Shown here piece after piece: positions 18,675 through 27,295 of a stretch of 35,511 nt of DNA. The DNA comes from a candidate division WOR-3 bacterium (lineage in GTDB: Bacteria; Hydrothermota; Tepidihabitantia; Tepidihabitantales; JAOUPE01): NCBI GenBank assembly GCA_039801565.1, contig JBDRUX010000010.1, forward strand, positions 1 through 35,511, given 5' to 3'. The position numbers and the translations under genes are program-made. Numbering within the stretch: the stretch's first letter is position 1; each line of letters opens with the position of its first letter. The notes beneath the pieces are model-generated. The model did not search any database and was not told where the DNA came from. It saw only the letters and a list, made by a program, of their open reading frames with translations.

Positions 18675-21600
18675 TTACTTAAAAAATATTGTCTTTTTGG
18701 TTAGTTCTTTATCTTCGGTTTTTAGCCGATAGAAGTAAATTCCGGACGCTACTCTTTTACCCGAGTCGTCTTTCCCATCCCAACGAATTGTATAAATACC
18801 TGGTTCAACGCTTTTGTCTTTGGAATCAAAGAGATTGGCTACAAACCGACCGGTAGCATCAAATACCAGAAGCGAAACCGGACATTTTTTAGGAATTTGG
18901 AATTTTATTAAAGCGATTTTATGAGCGGGATTAGAAATTTTTAGCGAAAGGTTTTCGGTCAAAGTGGATTTAGTTGGTCTTTCAGTCAATTCTACTATTG
19001 CAATAGTATCAGTAGTATATTTTATCGCTTTGCGTGGCACCCAAGGCGCACAGGCACGGTGTAGGGTATCGTTGAATAAAGCACAGATTCCAATCTGATT
19101 GGTTGGGTCTTCAATTCCCACTGTGCTTGAATTCCACCGGTTTGCGGTCATATAATTGACTATAATTTCATTATGACCATCCGCAGCTGCAAGTGTCGTG
19201 TCATAAATGATGATTTGGAATTTATCCATAATCGTTGTCGCTCCCCAATAGGGTACACTGTCATATTCAATGATGAATCGGTGATTTGCTGCGTCATGAT
19301 AATAATAAACCCCACCAACACCGCTATTGTTCGGGTACAAATCATCCCAATTGGCACAGACCATTCCATTGGGATTGGTTGAGGTTTGGTCAGGAATTCG
19401 CTGGTTAAGGTAAGTGGTAGCAGTTTGATAACCTGGTGCAATCCAACCATTGGAGCAAATTGAGAGTTGAGTGTATCGCTGATTATAGAATTTCCAAGGA
19501 CCAAAAGAAGCCGGTAAGGTAATTTGCACGGTCTGGTCATCGGATAAAGTCAATCTTGTGCCGATAGTGTTTATTTCAACCCATTCGTAGGTCGGATGCT
19601 CAACATAGAAAGAGTCAACATTATCATAGGCGTAGTATAATGGTGGAGTTCGTGGACCATCAGGGATTGGGTCGGTCGCAGTCAAACGCCCAATATCAAT
19701 TGCGAAGGCACGGGTTTGCACCGGATAACCAGCAGCAATAATCCTTAAAGTGCAAGGAATTTGAGTCTCACGTGGAATCGAACTATGGGCATAAACTTGA
19801 AAACGGTCAGTGGTATTAAAACCAATCGTATCGTGCAAAATATTGCCATAGGTTCCAATTGAATCTAAGATTAAGAGTCTACTGTCACCAGAAATTAAAT
19901 AGGCAGTTACATCATAACCATTGCCCAACCCGCGATTTCGAATTCCGACTTCCACGAATGCAGTCTCACCCGGGTCAACTTTACCATTACCATTACCACC
20001 AGGCGGTGGGTCAAAGACATTGACTTGGCCAGGGAAAAGAACCGGTGTCCCAACGCGAAGTCCCAGATTGTTAGTCCAGACTGTATCTAAGGTGTCAACA
20101 CAAATTAACTGTAAAGGAATTGGATACGCATTGGTGCAAGCCGCAGCAACCATGAAATTATAACCATCAGCACCAGTATAAGCCGAGTCGCCCGCAGCAA
20201 TATTACCGAAATATTTAACCGAATCAGTAACGGTAACATTAGGGTCAGGATTGGCTAAACGAAGAATACCGCGCAAACCTTGAATCTCTCGACCGGTACG
20301 GTTGATTACCCAAACCGGCATTTCAATGCCTTCTCCTGGGTTAATGATGCTGTCTAAGTTGCCAGGTGAATTGTCAATGATTGTATAGCGAAGCGGACGA
20401 ACACCACCGGGTAATTGAGTATGATTTATTGCATTTAGTGCATCAATCCGACCAGCACCGAAATCGTTGTCTTTACCGGCTGGACCTAAATCAACCGCGG
20501 TAACTTCTAAGATTGAATCGATTTCCCAGGGTAGCAATTCCGGATTCTTCTCAAGCATCAAAGCAACAATCCCGGCGGTATGAGGTGTTGCCATCGAAGT
20601 TCCGTCCATTGGAACATAGCCATTGTTGGAATTATAATCACAGGATATAACAGCTACCCCTGGACCCGAAACATCAGGTCGAGTCAAACCCGGTGGGTAG
20701 GGATAATCATTAAACGGCGCTACGTTCTGCCAAGTGACTGGGCCAGGGCTCGAAAAATAGGCATAGGCATCAAGCGAATCAAGGGCACCGACTGATATGA
20801 CATTAGACAAAGCACCAGTACCGGTATTCTGGGGGTTCCACCAAGGTGGCGGCACATTGCCTGGGCAACGGCAGGCATTCGGCGGCGTTTGATATTCTCG
20901 CTCATTACCTGCTGCCACAATCATTGGAATCCCAGCGGCACCGACATTATTGCAACTGGTTCGCCAAATTGCTTGTCTTGGATTCCAAGAGAGCCACCAA
21001 CCTAAAGACATACTGATAAAGTCACCCCCATTATCCGGTGAGAGTGGTGGCGAGATGACGAATTGCATCGCCTGCCAAACCTGGTTCTCAGCAACCGAAT
21101 CGGCAACCGTCCGCACCCGCAAAGCCATTATTTGACAATCCGGTGCAACACCACACTGGGTGCCGGCTGTTCCATCGGATGCCACGGTTCCAGCGGTATG
21201 AGTACCATGGCCTCTTATATCTATCGGGTCATTATTATTATATTCAAAATTCCAACCATGATTAGGATAATTCGGGTCGGTCCACATATGGTCACGCAAG
21301 TCGAGATGGTTATAATTGACCCCGGTATCAATCATCCCAGCAATTATTCCAGCACCGGTATAACCTAATGCCCAAACCTGTGGCGCGCGAATCTTTCGGA
21401 CACCCCAAGTTATCGCTTCGGTAATATCCGATTTAACTGGTTTTGGTAACAGATTAGGCGAATAGATTAAATCATACTCAACAAACCAGACCGAAGGATG
21501 TTCGGAAAGTAAGGTTATCACATCTTTAGTCGCATTGCAGTGAATCGCATTAACAATCCATAATGGTGTTACCGAGGTCACCTTTTGCGATTCGACATAA

Positions 21601-21869
21601 GGTCTTAAGAAGTCAATAACTCCCTTTTGTTTTTCTTGAGCGAACTGTTGAAGAGTTCGGGCAACTTCGACTTTCCGCACCTTCTTAGGATAACCTTTAA
21701 ACATCTGGTTGAGAAGCCCGGCATCAGCTTGTTCTTTTAATATCACATTCACCGGTAGTAAATCAGAAGAACTGGCCTTATCCATCTTGACTTGTAAGTC
21801 AGGACCAATTAAAGCCGACGCCAAACTGAAAAGTATTGGCAATAAAGCCCAGATTTTAATTAACTTCAT
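18675..21869 (-). CDS. Secreted S8 subtilisin-like serine peptidase with the same C-terminal modules and CTD (start at ATG 21869)
   Basis: Triad MIDTG / GHGTHTAG / GTSMATPH, oxyanion AAGN, GAGRIDA; AAGGAG SD 5 nt before MKLIKIW; CTD WDGKDDSGKRVASGIYF. Confidence 0.92.
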   Translation of the reverse strand: MKLIKIWALLPILFSLASALIGPDLQVKMDKASSSDLLPVNVILKEQADAGLLNQMFKGYPKKVRKVEVARTLQQFAQEKQKGVIDFLRPYVESQKVTSVTPLWIVNAIHCNATKDVITLLSEHPSVWFVEYDLIYSPNLLPKPVKSDITEAITWGVRKIRAPQVWALGYTGAGIIAGMIDTGVNYNHLDLRDHMWTDPNYPNHGWNFEYNNNDPIDIRGHGTHTAGTVASDGTAGTQCGVAPDCQIMALRVRTVADSVAENQVWQAMQFVISPPLSPDNGGDFISMSLGWWLSWNPRQAIWRTSCNNVGAAGIPMIVAAGNEREYQTPPNACRCPGNVPPPWWNPQNTGTGALSNVISVGALDSLDAYAYFSSPGPVTWQNVAPFNDYPYPPGLTRPDVSGPGVAVISCDYNSNNGYVPMDGTSMATPHTAGIVALMLEKNPELLPWEIDSILEVTAVDLGPAGKDNDFGAGRIDALNAINHTQLPGGVRPLRYTIIDNSPGNLDSIINPGEGIEMPVWVINRTGREIQGLRGILRLANPDPNVTVTDSVKYFGNIAAGDSAYTGADGYNFMVAAACTNAYPIPLQLICVDTLDTVWTNNLGLRVGTPVLFPGQVNVFDPPPGGNGNGKVDPGETAFVEVGIRNRGLGNGYDVTAYLISGDSRLLILDSIGTYGNILHDTIGFNTTDRFQVYAHSSIPRETQIPCTLRIIAAGYPVQTRAFAIDIGRLTATDPIPDGPRTPPLYYAYDNVDSFYVEHPTYEWVEINTIGTRLTLSDDQTVQITLPASFGPWKFYNQRYTQLSICSNGWIAPGYQTATTYLNQRIPDQTSTNPNGMVCANWDDLYPNNSGVGGVYYYHDAANHRFIIEYDSVPYWGATTIMDKFQIIIYDTTLAAADGHNEIIVNYMTANRWNSSTVGIEDPTNQIGICALFNDTLHRACAPWVPRKAIKYTTDTIAIVELTERPTKSTLTENLSLKISNPAHKIALIKFQIPKKCPVSLLVFDATGRFVANLFDSKDKSVEPGIYTIRWDGKDDSGKRVASGIYFYRLKTEDKELTKKTIFFK

Positions 21870-21883
21870 CTTCGCTCCTTTTT

Positions 21884-24800
21884 TCATTCTACCTTTAACA
21901 TCTTTCGGACTATCGTCGTTTCTTCACAGGTGAGTGTATAGAAATAGACACCTGAGGCAACCAATCTGCCCAAATTATCTTTTCCATCCCAGGTTATTGA
22001 ATAAGAACCAGCATTTTGTAATCCTTGCACCAGAGTTGTCACCAGTCTTCCACTTGCGTTATAGATTCTCAAAGCAGTTTGTCCTGGTTTAACCAAATTG
22101 TAACGGAAACTCGTTCGGTTTCGGAAGGGATTTGGAAAACAAGGTTCAAGCCGTAAGGCATTAGCCGTTGTAATCTCTTTCGCTTCTGATTTTTCAATAC
22201 CAGTAATTGGCTCACCCGTAATATATTTAATTGCCCGTCTCGGCGTAATTAGCGCAGCACCTTGGTGATAGTTGGTGTTATAGAGATATTGAATGCCAAT
22301 GGATTGGGTTGGGTCTTGGATTCCTATCGTTGAACTGGTATAACCATTAGCGGTTTGGTATTGGGCAATTAGGATATTATCACCAGTTGGTGTCACAACC
22401 GTTGTATCATAGATGATAAGCTCAAATTTATCGCGAAGGTCATAGTTATTCCAATAATAGACACTGTCATATTCAATGATAAACCGATGATTGGTAGAAT
22501 CGTGATAATAGTAAACATAACCTGAACTTTGATAATTTGGGTGCAGGTCATCCCAATTTAAAGCAATAAAAGCAGTCAAAGAGTCGGTGGGGATTGGTTG
22601 ATTGCGGTAGCATTCGTGTAAATTATTGCCGAAAACAACGAAACCATCAGCACTAACTGACAAAGATGTATAGCGGTTACCATAGTACTTTACCGGTCCA
22701 AATGATGGCGGCAGATTAACCAAAAGGACATCGTCATTTTGGGGGTAGTAGAGTTGAGTGCCAATGCTTCTAATCTCAACCCATTCATAATTAGGACAGT
22801 TGGTATAAAGCACATCGGTATCGTCATAAGCCCAATAGAGCGGTGGAGTTCTTGGTCCATCCGGAATTGGGTCAAAAGTTCTAACCTCAGCAATTATCAA
22901 ATTAAAACTACGAGTTACGGTATAGCCACCATCCGCGGTAATCCGTAATGTACAAGGAATTGGTGTCTGTTGGGGAATCGTATTGGAGGCTAATATTGTA
23001 AACCGGTCGGTCTCATTAGTACCAGTCGTATCGCGGTAAATTGTACCAAAAGTACCGACAGAATCCAGCACCGTCAAGCGGGTATCGCCGGACTTCAAAA
23101 TCGCTGACACATTATAACCGTTGCCCAAACCGGTATTTCGCAAAACGACAATTAAATCAGCTGTCTCCCCAGGATCAACTCTGCCGTTGTTATTACCACC
23201 AGGAGCAGGGTCATGGACGATTTTACTCGCATAATTTAAAACGCAGGTACCAACGAGAATATTAATATTGGATTGCCAGATACTATCATTCTGGTCACGA
23301 CAGATAAGACGCAAAGGAATCAAATAGCCATTAGTACAACCAGGCGCAACTGTAAAATTATAGCCATCGGCTCCGGTAAAAGCCGAATCACCAGCCAAAA
23401 TCGTGCCGAAGTCTTTCAAAGTATCGGTCAAAGTAACATTTGGACAAGATGAAGTTAATTTACCGGAAACATTTTCAGCAGTAAGATTTCCCCAGTTCTT
23501 CACCCAAGTTGGCATTTCGATATTCTCACCCGGATTAACGATACCATCGCCGTTACCACCAGCGACATCATCAATTAAGTGTCGCAGATGAGCCACATAG
23601 GCACCAGAACTTCGGACTAAAGCGCTATCTTCAAATGGATAGCAATTATGACCGGTAACTGTTATATACAATTCACCAGGCGTCAATGGTGTAATGGTTA
23701 AATCGACGCTGCCAGCACTATTAGTTCGACCGGTGGTATATACTTCGTTCGGTTTTATCGCACAGACCAAGGCGTTGGCTACTGGGAAACCACCACTGGT
23801 GACATTGACCGTTAAAGTCGAAGTTCCAATTGGCACAACTGCGGGAAAATTAACAGTAAGACTTTGTGGCGACTCGGTCCACATAAGTAAAGCTGGTTCA
23901 CCTAACAGATTGAGTTCCAAAGCACAGAAATGCCAGAGCGCATCCGATAAAATTAGACTGCGATAAAACTCTTTTGAGCGATAATGGGCTGGACCTAATG
24001 TTACCGTATCGTGATTAAAGATAAAGTCATAAAAACGAATATCTAACCTTTCCGAAGGACCGGCGCTTGGTGGCGAACCCCAACCTTCCCGGGCATTCAT
24101 TATCACACCAATAAAACCACCATTGGGATTATTGATGCATTCTTCGGCTAAACAGTCATACGAAGAATAATCAAAATAACCGCAATCGCAAGCAATTGAA
24201 TTGAAAATTCCGAGTTTGGTGGCATTGGTTTGGGATTGGGCGGTACTACTATTATAAATTGTATGACCGGACTGGTCACCCATAATGGTTACATTACCGT
24301 GAGCGGCGACATGACAGAAGTGAAAACCAGCATTGATTGAATCCTGCATCGGAGTGGTAGTAGTTGCATCAATAATATAAGAATCAATCCAACCCGAAGG
24401 CGTAATATTAGCGATTGAATCCGAAACAATCCGACCGTGATAGTTATACTGAGAAAATAACATTACACAAGGCAATAAAACCTTTTTGATATAATTCGGA
24501 TCCGGATTTTTTTCGTAAGTGAAGACTTTATTAACAAAGCCGTTGGCTTGGGTTATATTATCAATCGGTGCCCTACCAACATAGACATCGGCATAAAGGT
24601 CAAGCGAATCGCCAACCCTTTCTCCCCAGATATGATTGTGATTACCATCCCAAGAACCATCTAAATCCGCAAAATACCAATCGCTCGGAGCATCATAGGT
24701 GTAACCACTATAACTGATTCGAACATTGCGCACTGGTACAACCGCCACATCACCGGCTAAAACAACGTAGATTAACCCGTGATTCTGGAACTGGTCAATA

Positions 24801-25615
24801 ATGAAATTCCGAATCCGCTCTGGGTTATCATAACCAGTATAGTTAGCATAAATCCAGGTCGTGGTCTTAACTTCGGCCTTTAATCCCATTTTAGTTCGCC
24901 AATCCGCCAAAGGTTGGAAGTTGGACACAAAGGCATCGCTCGTAATAATCACATATTCCAAATCACCCTGCAAAGTATTCCTTCGCGGTGGAGCGAATTG
25001 TGCGACATCATCAGGATTAATGACAAGTCGGCGCACTTCTTTGCCAAATAATTCTACCTGTTTTAGAGTTAGTTCCTTGGGCGTTATGGTGCCTTCTTGA
25101 TAAGTTATCCTCACTTCCAAATCGGTATGGAGAACTAATTTTTGGGCTTGTGGAAAGTACTGTAAAGGATAAAGGATGAAATCACATAGCCGATAACCAG
25201 CCTTAGAACCGGTTGGACTATAACTGACCAACTCTTTTGGATACGGTTCAGCCGATGAATAAATCAAAGGATTTGGCTCCTGAAATGGTACCGGTCCGGT
25301 TAGATTCAGCGGTATGCCTGGCTGGACCGGATAGATTAAATATTCGCCCGGAATCTCAACTTGCTTTCGACTTAAGACCTCAACCTTAGTAACCGTGGCA
25401 TTAGCTGGGACGCAAACTGTGTAAAGCGCAATTGGCAATAAGGGACTACCAATCTCATAAGTATTAAGACAATTTGGTAGCGTTACCAAATCATAACCGG
25501 AAACCTTTTGGAAAACGAGTTCGTCGGCGTTAAAGGTGAAGGTTTTTGTGATTGTTCCTGCCCAAAGGAGAAGCGGCAGGCACAGGATTGTTAAGAGTAA
25601 GCCACTCTTTTTCAT
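21884..25615 (-). CDS. Secreted gingipain-like C25 cysteine peptidase with the same C-terminal modules and CTD (start at ATG 25615)
   Basis: AGGAGGT SD before MKKSGLLL; YVIIT, VLAGD, PSDWYFADLDG, YVGRAP, AAHG...SIACDCG dyad, NLLGEP; CTD FPNPF...WDGKDNLGRLVASGVYF. Confidence 0.9.
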   Translation of the reverse strand: MKKSGLLLTILCLPLLLWAGTITKTFTFNADELVFQKVSGYDLVTLPNCLNTYEIGSPLLPIALYTVCVPANATVTKVEVLSRKQVEIPGEYLIYPVQPGIPLNLTGPVPFQEPNPLIYSSAEPYPKELVSYSPTGSKAGYRLCDFILYPLQYFPQAQKLVLHTDLEVRITYQEGTITPKELTLKQVELFGKEVRRLVINPDDVAQFAPPRRNTLQGDLEYVIITSDAFVSNFQPLADWRTKMGLKAEVKTTTWIYANYTGYDNPERIRNFIIDQFQNHGLIYVVLAGDVAVVPVRNVRISYSGYTYDAPSDWYFADLDGSWDGNHNHIWGERVGDSLDLYADVYVGRAPIDNITQANGFVNKVFTYEKNPDPNYIKKVLLPCVMLFSQYNYHGRIVSDSIANITPSGWIDSYIIDATTTTPMQDSINAGFHFCHVAAHGNVTIMGDQSGHTIYNSSTAQSQTNATKLGIFNSIACDCGYFDYSSYDCLAEECINNPNGGFIGVIMNAREGWGSPPSAGPSERLDIRFYDFIFNHDTVTLGPAHYRSKEFYRSLILSDALWHFCALELNLLGEPALLMWTESPQSLTVNFPAVVPIGTSTLTVNVTSGGFPVANALVCAIKPNEVYTTGRTNSAGSVDLTITPLTPGELYITVTGHNCYPFEDSALVRSSGAYVAHLRHLIDDVAGGNGDGIVNPGENIEMPTWVKNWGNLTAENVSGKLTSSCPNVTLTDTLKDFGTILAGDSAFTGADGYNFTVAPGCTNGYLIPLRLICRDQNDSIWQSNINILVGTCVLNYASKIVHDPAPGGNNNGRVDPGETADLIVVLRNTGLGNGYNVSAILKSGDTRLTVLDSVGTFGTIYRDTTGTNETDRFTILASNTIPQQTPIPCTLRITADGGYTVTRSFNLIIAEVRTFDPIPDGPRTPPLYWAYDDTDVLYTNCPNYEWVEIRSIGTQLYYPQNDDVLLVNLPPSFGPVKYYGNRYTSLSVSADGFVVFGNNLHECYRNQPIPTDSLTAFIALNWDDLHPNYQSSGYVYYYHDSTNHRFIIEYDSVYYWNNYDLRDKFELIIYDTTVVTPTGDNILIAQYQTANGYTSSTIGIQDPTQSIGIQYLYNTNYHQGAALITPRRAIKYITGEPITGIEKSEAKEITTANALRLEPCFPNPFRNRTSFRYNLVKPGQTALRIYNASGRLVTTLVQGLQNAGSYSITWDGKDNLGRLVASGVYFYTLTCEETTIVRKMLKVE

Positions 25616-25630
25616 TTTACCTCCTTGATA

Positions 25631-25666
25631 TAAAAATTGCCACCGATAATTTTCATCTTTCGGTGG
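25631..25666 (-). terminator. Terminator/attenuator-like hairpin just upstream of the protease operon SD
   Basis: CCACCGA-13 nt-TCGGTGG followed by CAATTTTTA on the minus strand. Confidence 0.45.
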
Positions 25667-25842
25667 TGCTGACAAAATGCCTTTGACATTCAATTAGTTT
25701 GATTGGAAAGGAAGGAGATTCACTGACCGATATAAGAAGGATTCGCTCAATTTCAATTTTTTAATCCTTAATGTGCTTTTTAACCAAATCTTCGCATTCG
25801 AGATGTTCGAAACATCCATCAGTCAAGGCATTTATTGTCACA
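25631..25842 (-). ncRNA. Candidate structured RNA (rod-like leader or 6S-like small RNA)
   Basis: Nested symmetric inverted repeats: 25822-25840/25670-25687 (17 bp, two bulges), 25787-25791/25716-25720, 25763-25769/25737-25743; side hairpin 25802-25816; begins at the predicted TSS. Confidence 0.5.
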
Positions 25843-25847
25843 TTGTA

Positions 25848-25876
25848 ATTTTAACGAATTTCGGTTAGGGTGTCAA
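25848..25876 (-). promoter_or_regulatory. Near-consensus sigma70 promoter for the structured RNA/protease operon
   Basis: TTGACA (25876-25871), 17 nt, TAAAAT (25853-25848). Confidence 0.7.
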
Positions 25877-25888
25877 TCCAAAAATTTA

Positions 25889-27196
25889 TCAAGTTGGTCT
25901 AAACCCTAAAGTGTAGACATTTTTTAATCCCCGTTGCTTAATAGCATTGCGGGTATCAAAAATCAAATTAGCATTCTCAACAATTTCATCGTAATTGTAA
26001 ATCGAATGGTCGGTAAGGATTAAAACGCAATCAACCCTTTGGAGTAATTCTTTCGTCAAAGGTACTGATTTTTCGGTTCGTCCCCTAACTTTAATTTTGG
26101 GCACATAAGGGTCGTTATAATAAATTTTCTTCACTTTGCCAGTGAGAATTTCCATTACTTTAATTGCTGGTGAGTTACGGGTATCCGCGACATTCTTTTT
26201 AAAGGCAACCCCTAAGATTAGAATCGTTGCCTTTTTCACCGAGACATCTCTTTCGCTCATTATCTCTAAAAACTTGTCAACCACTTTAAATGGCATATTT
26301 TCATTGGTCTGGGCAGCTAACTCAATAAAATTAGAATGAAAGTCATATTCCCGTGCCTTCCAGGATAAATAATAAGGGTCAACCAAAATACAATGCCCGC
26401 CAATCCCTGGTCCAGGATAGAACGACATAAAACCGAAGGGTTTTGTCCCAGCCGCCTTCACCACTTCCCAAACATCAATTCCCCCCATCCGTTCACACAA
26501 AAGCGCCAACTCATTCACTAAGGCAATATTGACACTGCGAAAGATATTTTCCAAAAGTTTGGTCATCTCAGCCACTCGTGGGTTAGAGACCGGAACAACT
26601 TCCTCCACAAAAGTAGCATAGAAAAGTCTTGTCAGCTCGGTGCAATTCGGGGTCACGCCACCTACAACCACTGGCGTCGTCTTGGTGGTAAAAACCTTAT
26701 TACCGGGGTCAATCCGTTCCGGCGCAAAGGATAGATAAAAATCCTTACCGACTTTCAAACCGGATTTCTCTAAAATCGGCAGAAGGATTTTTTCCGTCGT
26801 TTCCGGAAAAGTCGTGCTCCGTAATACAATCAGTTGGCCAGGTCGAAGATATTTAGCAATCTCTTCGCCCGAATTTATAATATAACTGATATCCGGGTCT
26901 TTAGTTTTTGTGAATGGGGTTGGTACACAGATATTGATAATATCACATTGACCACAGACTTGATAACTCTTGTAGGCTTTAATTTTCTTAGCGCTAACCA
27001 ATGCCTCTAATTCATCCGAAGGCACATCCTCAATATAACTTTTACCCCTATTAATTGCTTTAACCTTTTTCGAGTCAACATCGATTCCCATCACTTCAAA
27101 GCCGGCTTTTGCCACTTCAATTGCCATTGGCAAGCCAACATAACCCAAACCGATAATTGCAACCTTCGCCTTCCTTTGTAAGATTTTATCTTTCAA
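25889..27196 (-). CDS. Nucleotide-sugar dehydrogenase (UDP-GlcNAc/ManNAc 6-dehydrogenase, WbpA/WecC family)
   Basis: GLGYVG, ICVPTP, APERIDPG, KLLENIFRSVNIALVNE, catalytic GGHCI, D.RNSP; AAGGAG SD with TTG start. Confidence 0.94.
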   Translation of the reverse strand: MKDKILQRKAKVAIIGLGYVGLPMAIEVAKAGFEVMGIDVDSKKVKAINRGKSYIEDVPSDELEALVSAKKIKAYKSYQVCGQCDIINICVPTPFTKTKDPDISYIINSGEEIAKYLRPGQLIVLRSTTFPETTEKILLPILEKSGLKVGKDFYLSFAPERIDPGNKVFTTKTTPVVVGGVTPNCTELTRLFYATFVEEVVPVSNPRVAEMTKLLENIFRSVNIALVNELALLCERMGGIDVWEVVKAAGTKPFGFMSFYPGPGIGGHCILVDPYYLSWKAREYDFHSNFIELAAQTNENMPFKVVDKFLEIMSERDVSVKKATILILGVAFKKNVADTRNSPAIKVMEILTGKVKKIYYNDPYVPKIKVRGRTEKSVPLTKELLQRVDCVLILTDHSIYNYDEIVENANLIFDTRNAIKQRGLKNVYTLGFRPT

Positions 27197-27211
27197 ATTC
27201 TACTCCTTTCC

Positions 27212-27247
27212 AACTTTTGAACCATTTTGAACTTTTTGAACCATTTT
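27212..27247. repeat. Short tandem repeat, 3x TTTTGAAC
   Basis: TTTTGAAC at 27215, 27225 and 27234 (AACTTTTGAACCATTTTG duplicated with a 1-nt indel). Confidence 0.7.
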
Positions 27248-27295
27248 TCTTTACCTTTGCCATACCGGTAGGACTTTAACACCATTCTGGTCAAA

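Noticed and set aside
15355..19540. Two similar 126-aa alternate-frame ORFs (15355-15735, 19160-19540)
   Set aside because: Shadow frames of the duplicated protease domain; their similarity is explained by the duplication
15203..19675. Diversity-generating retroelement TR/VR pair
   Set aside because: Both copies lie inside intact ORFs, differences are largely synonymous and not adenine-specific, and there is no reverse transcriptase in the window
25616..25693. N-terminal extension of the first C25 protease in the ORF track
   Set aside because: The SD and signal peptide point to ATG 25615; the extension overlaps the structured leader
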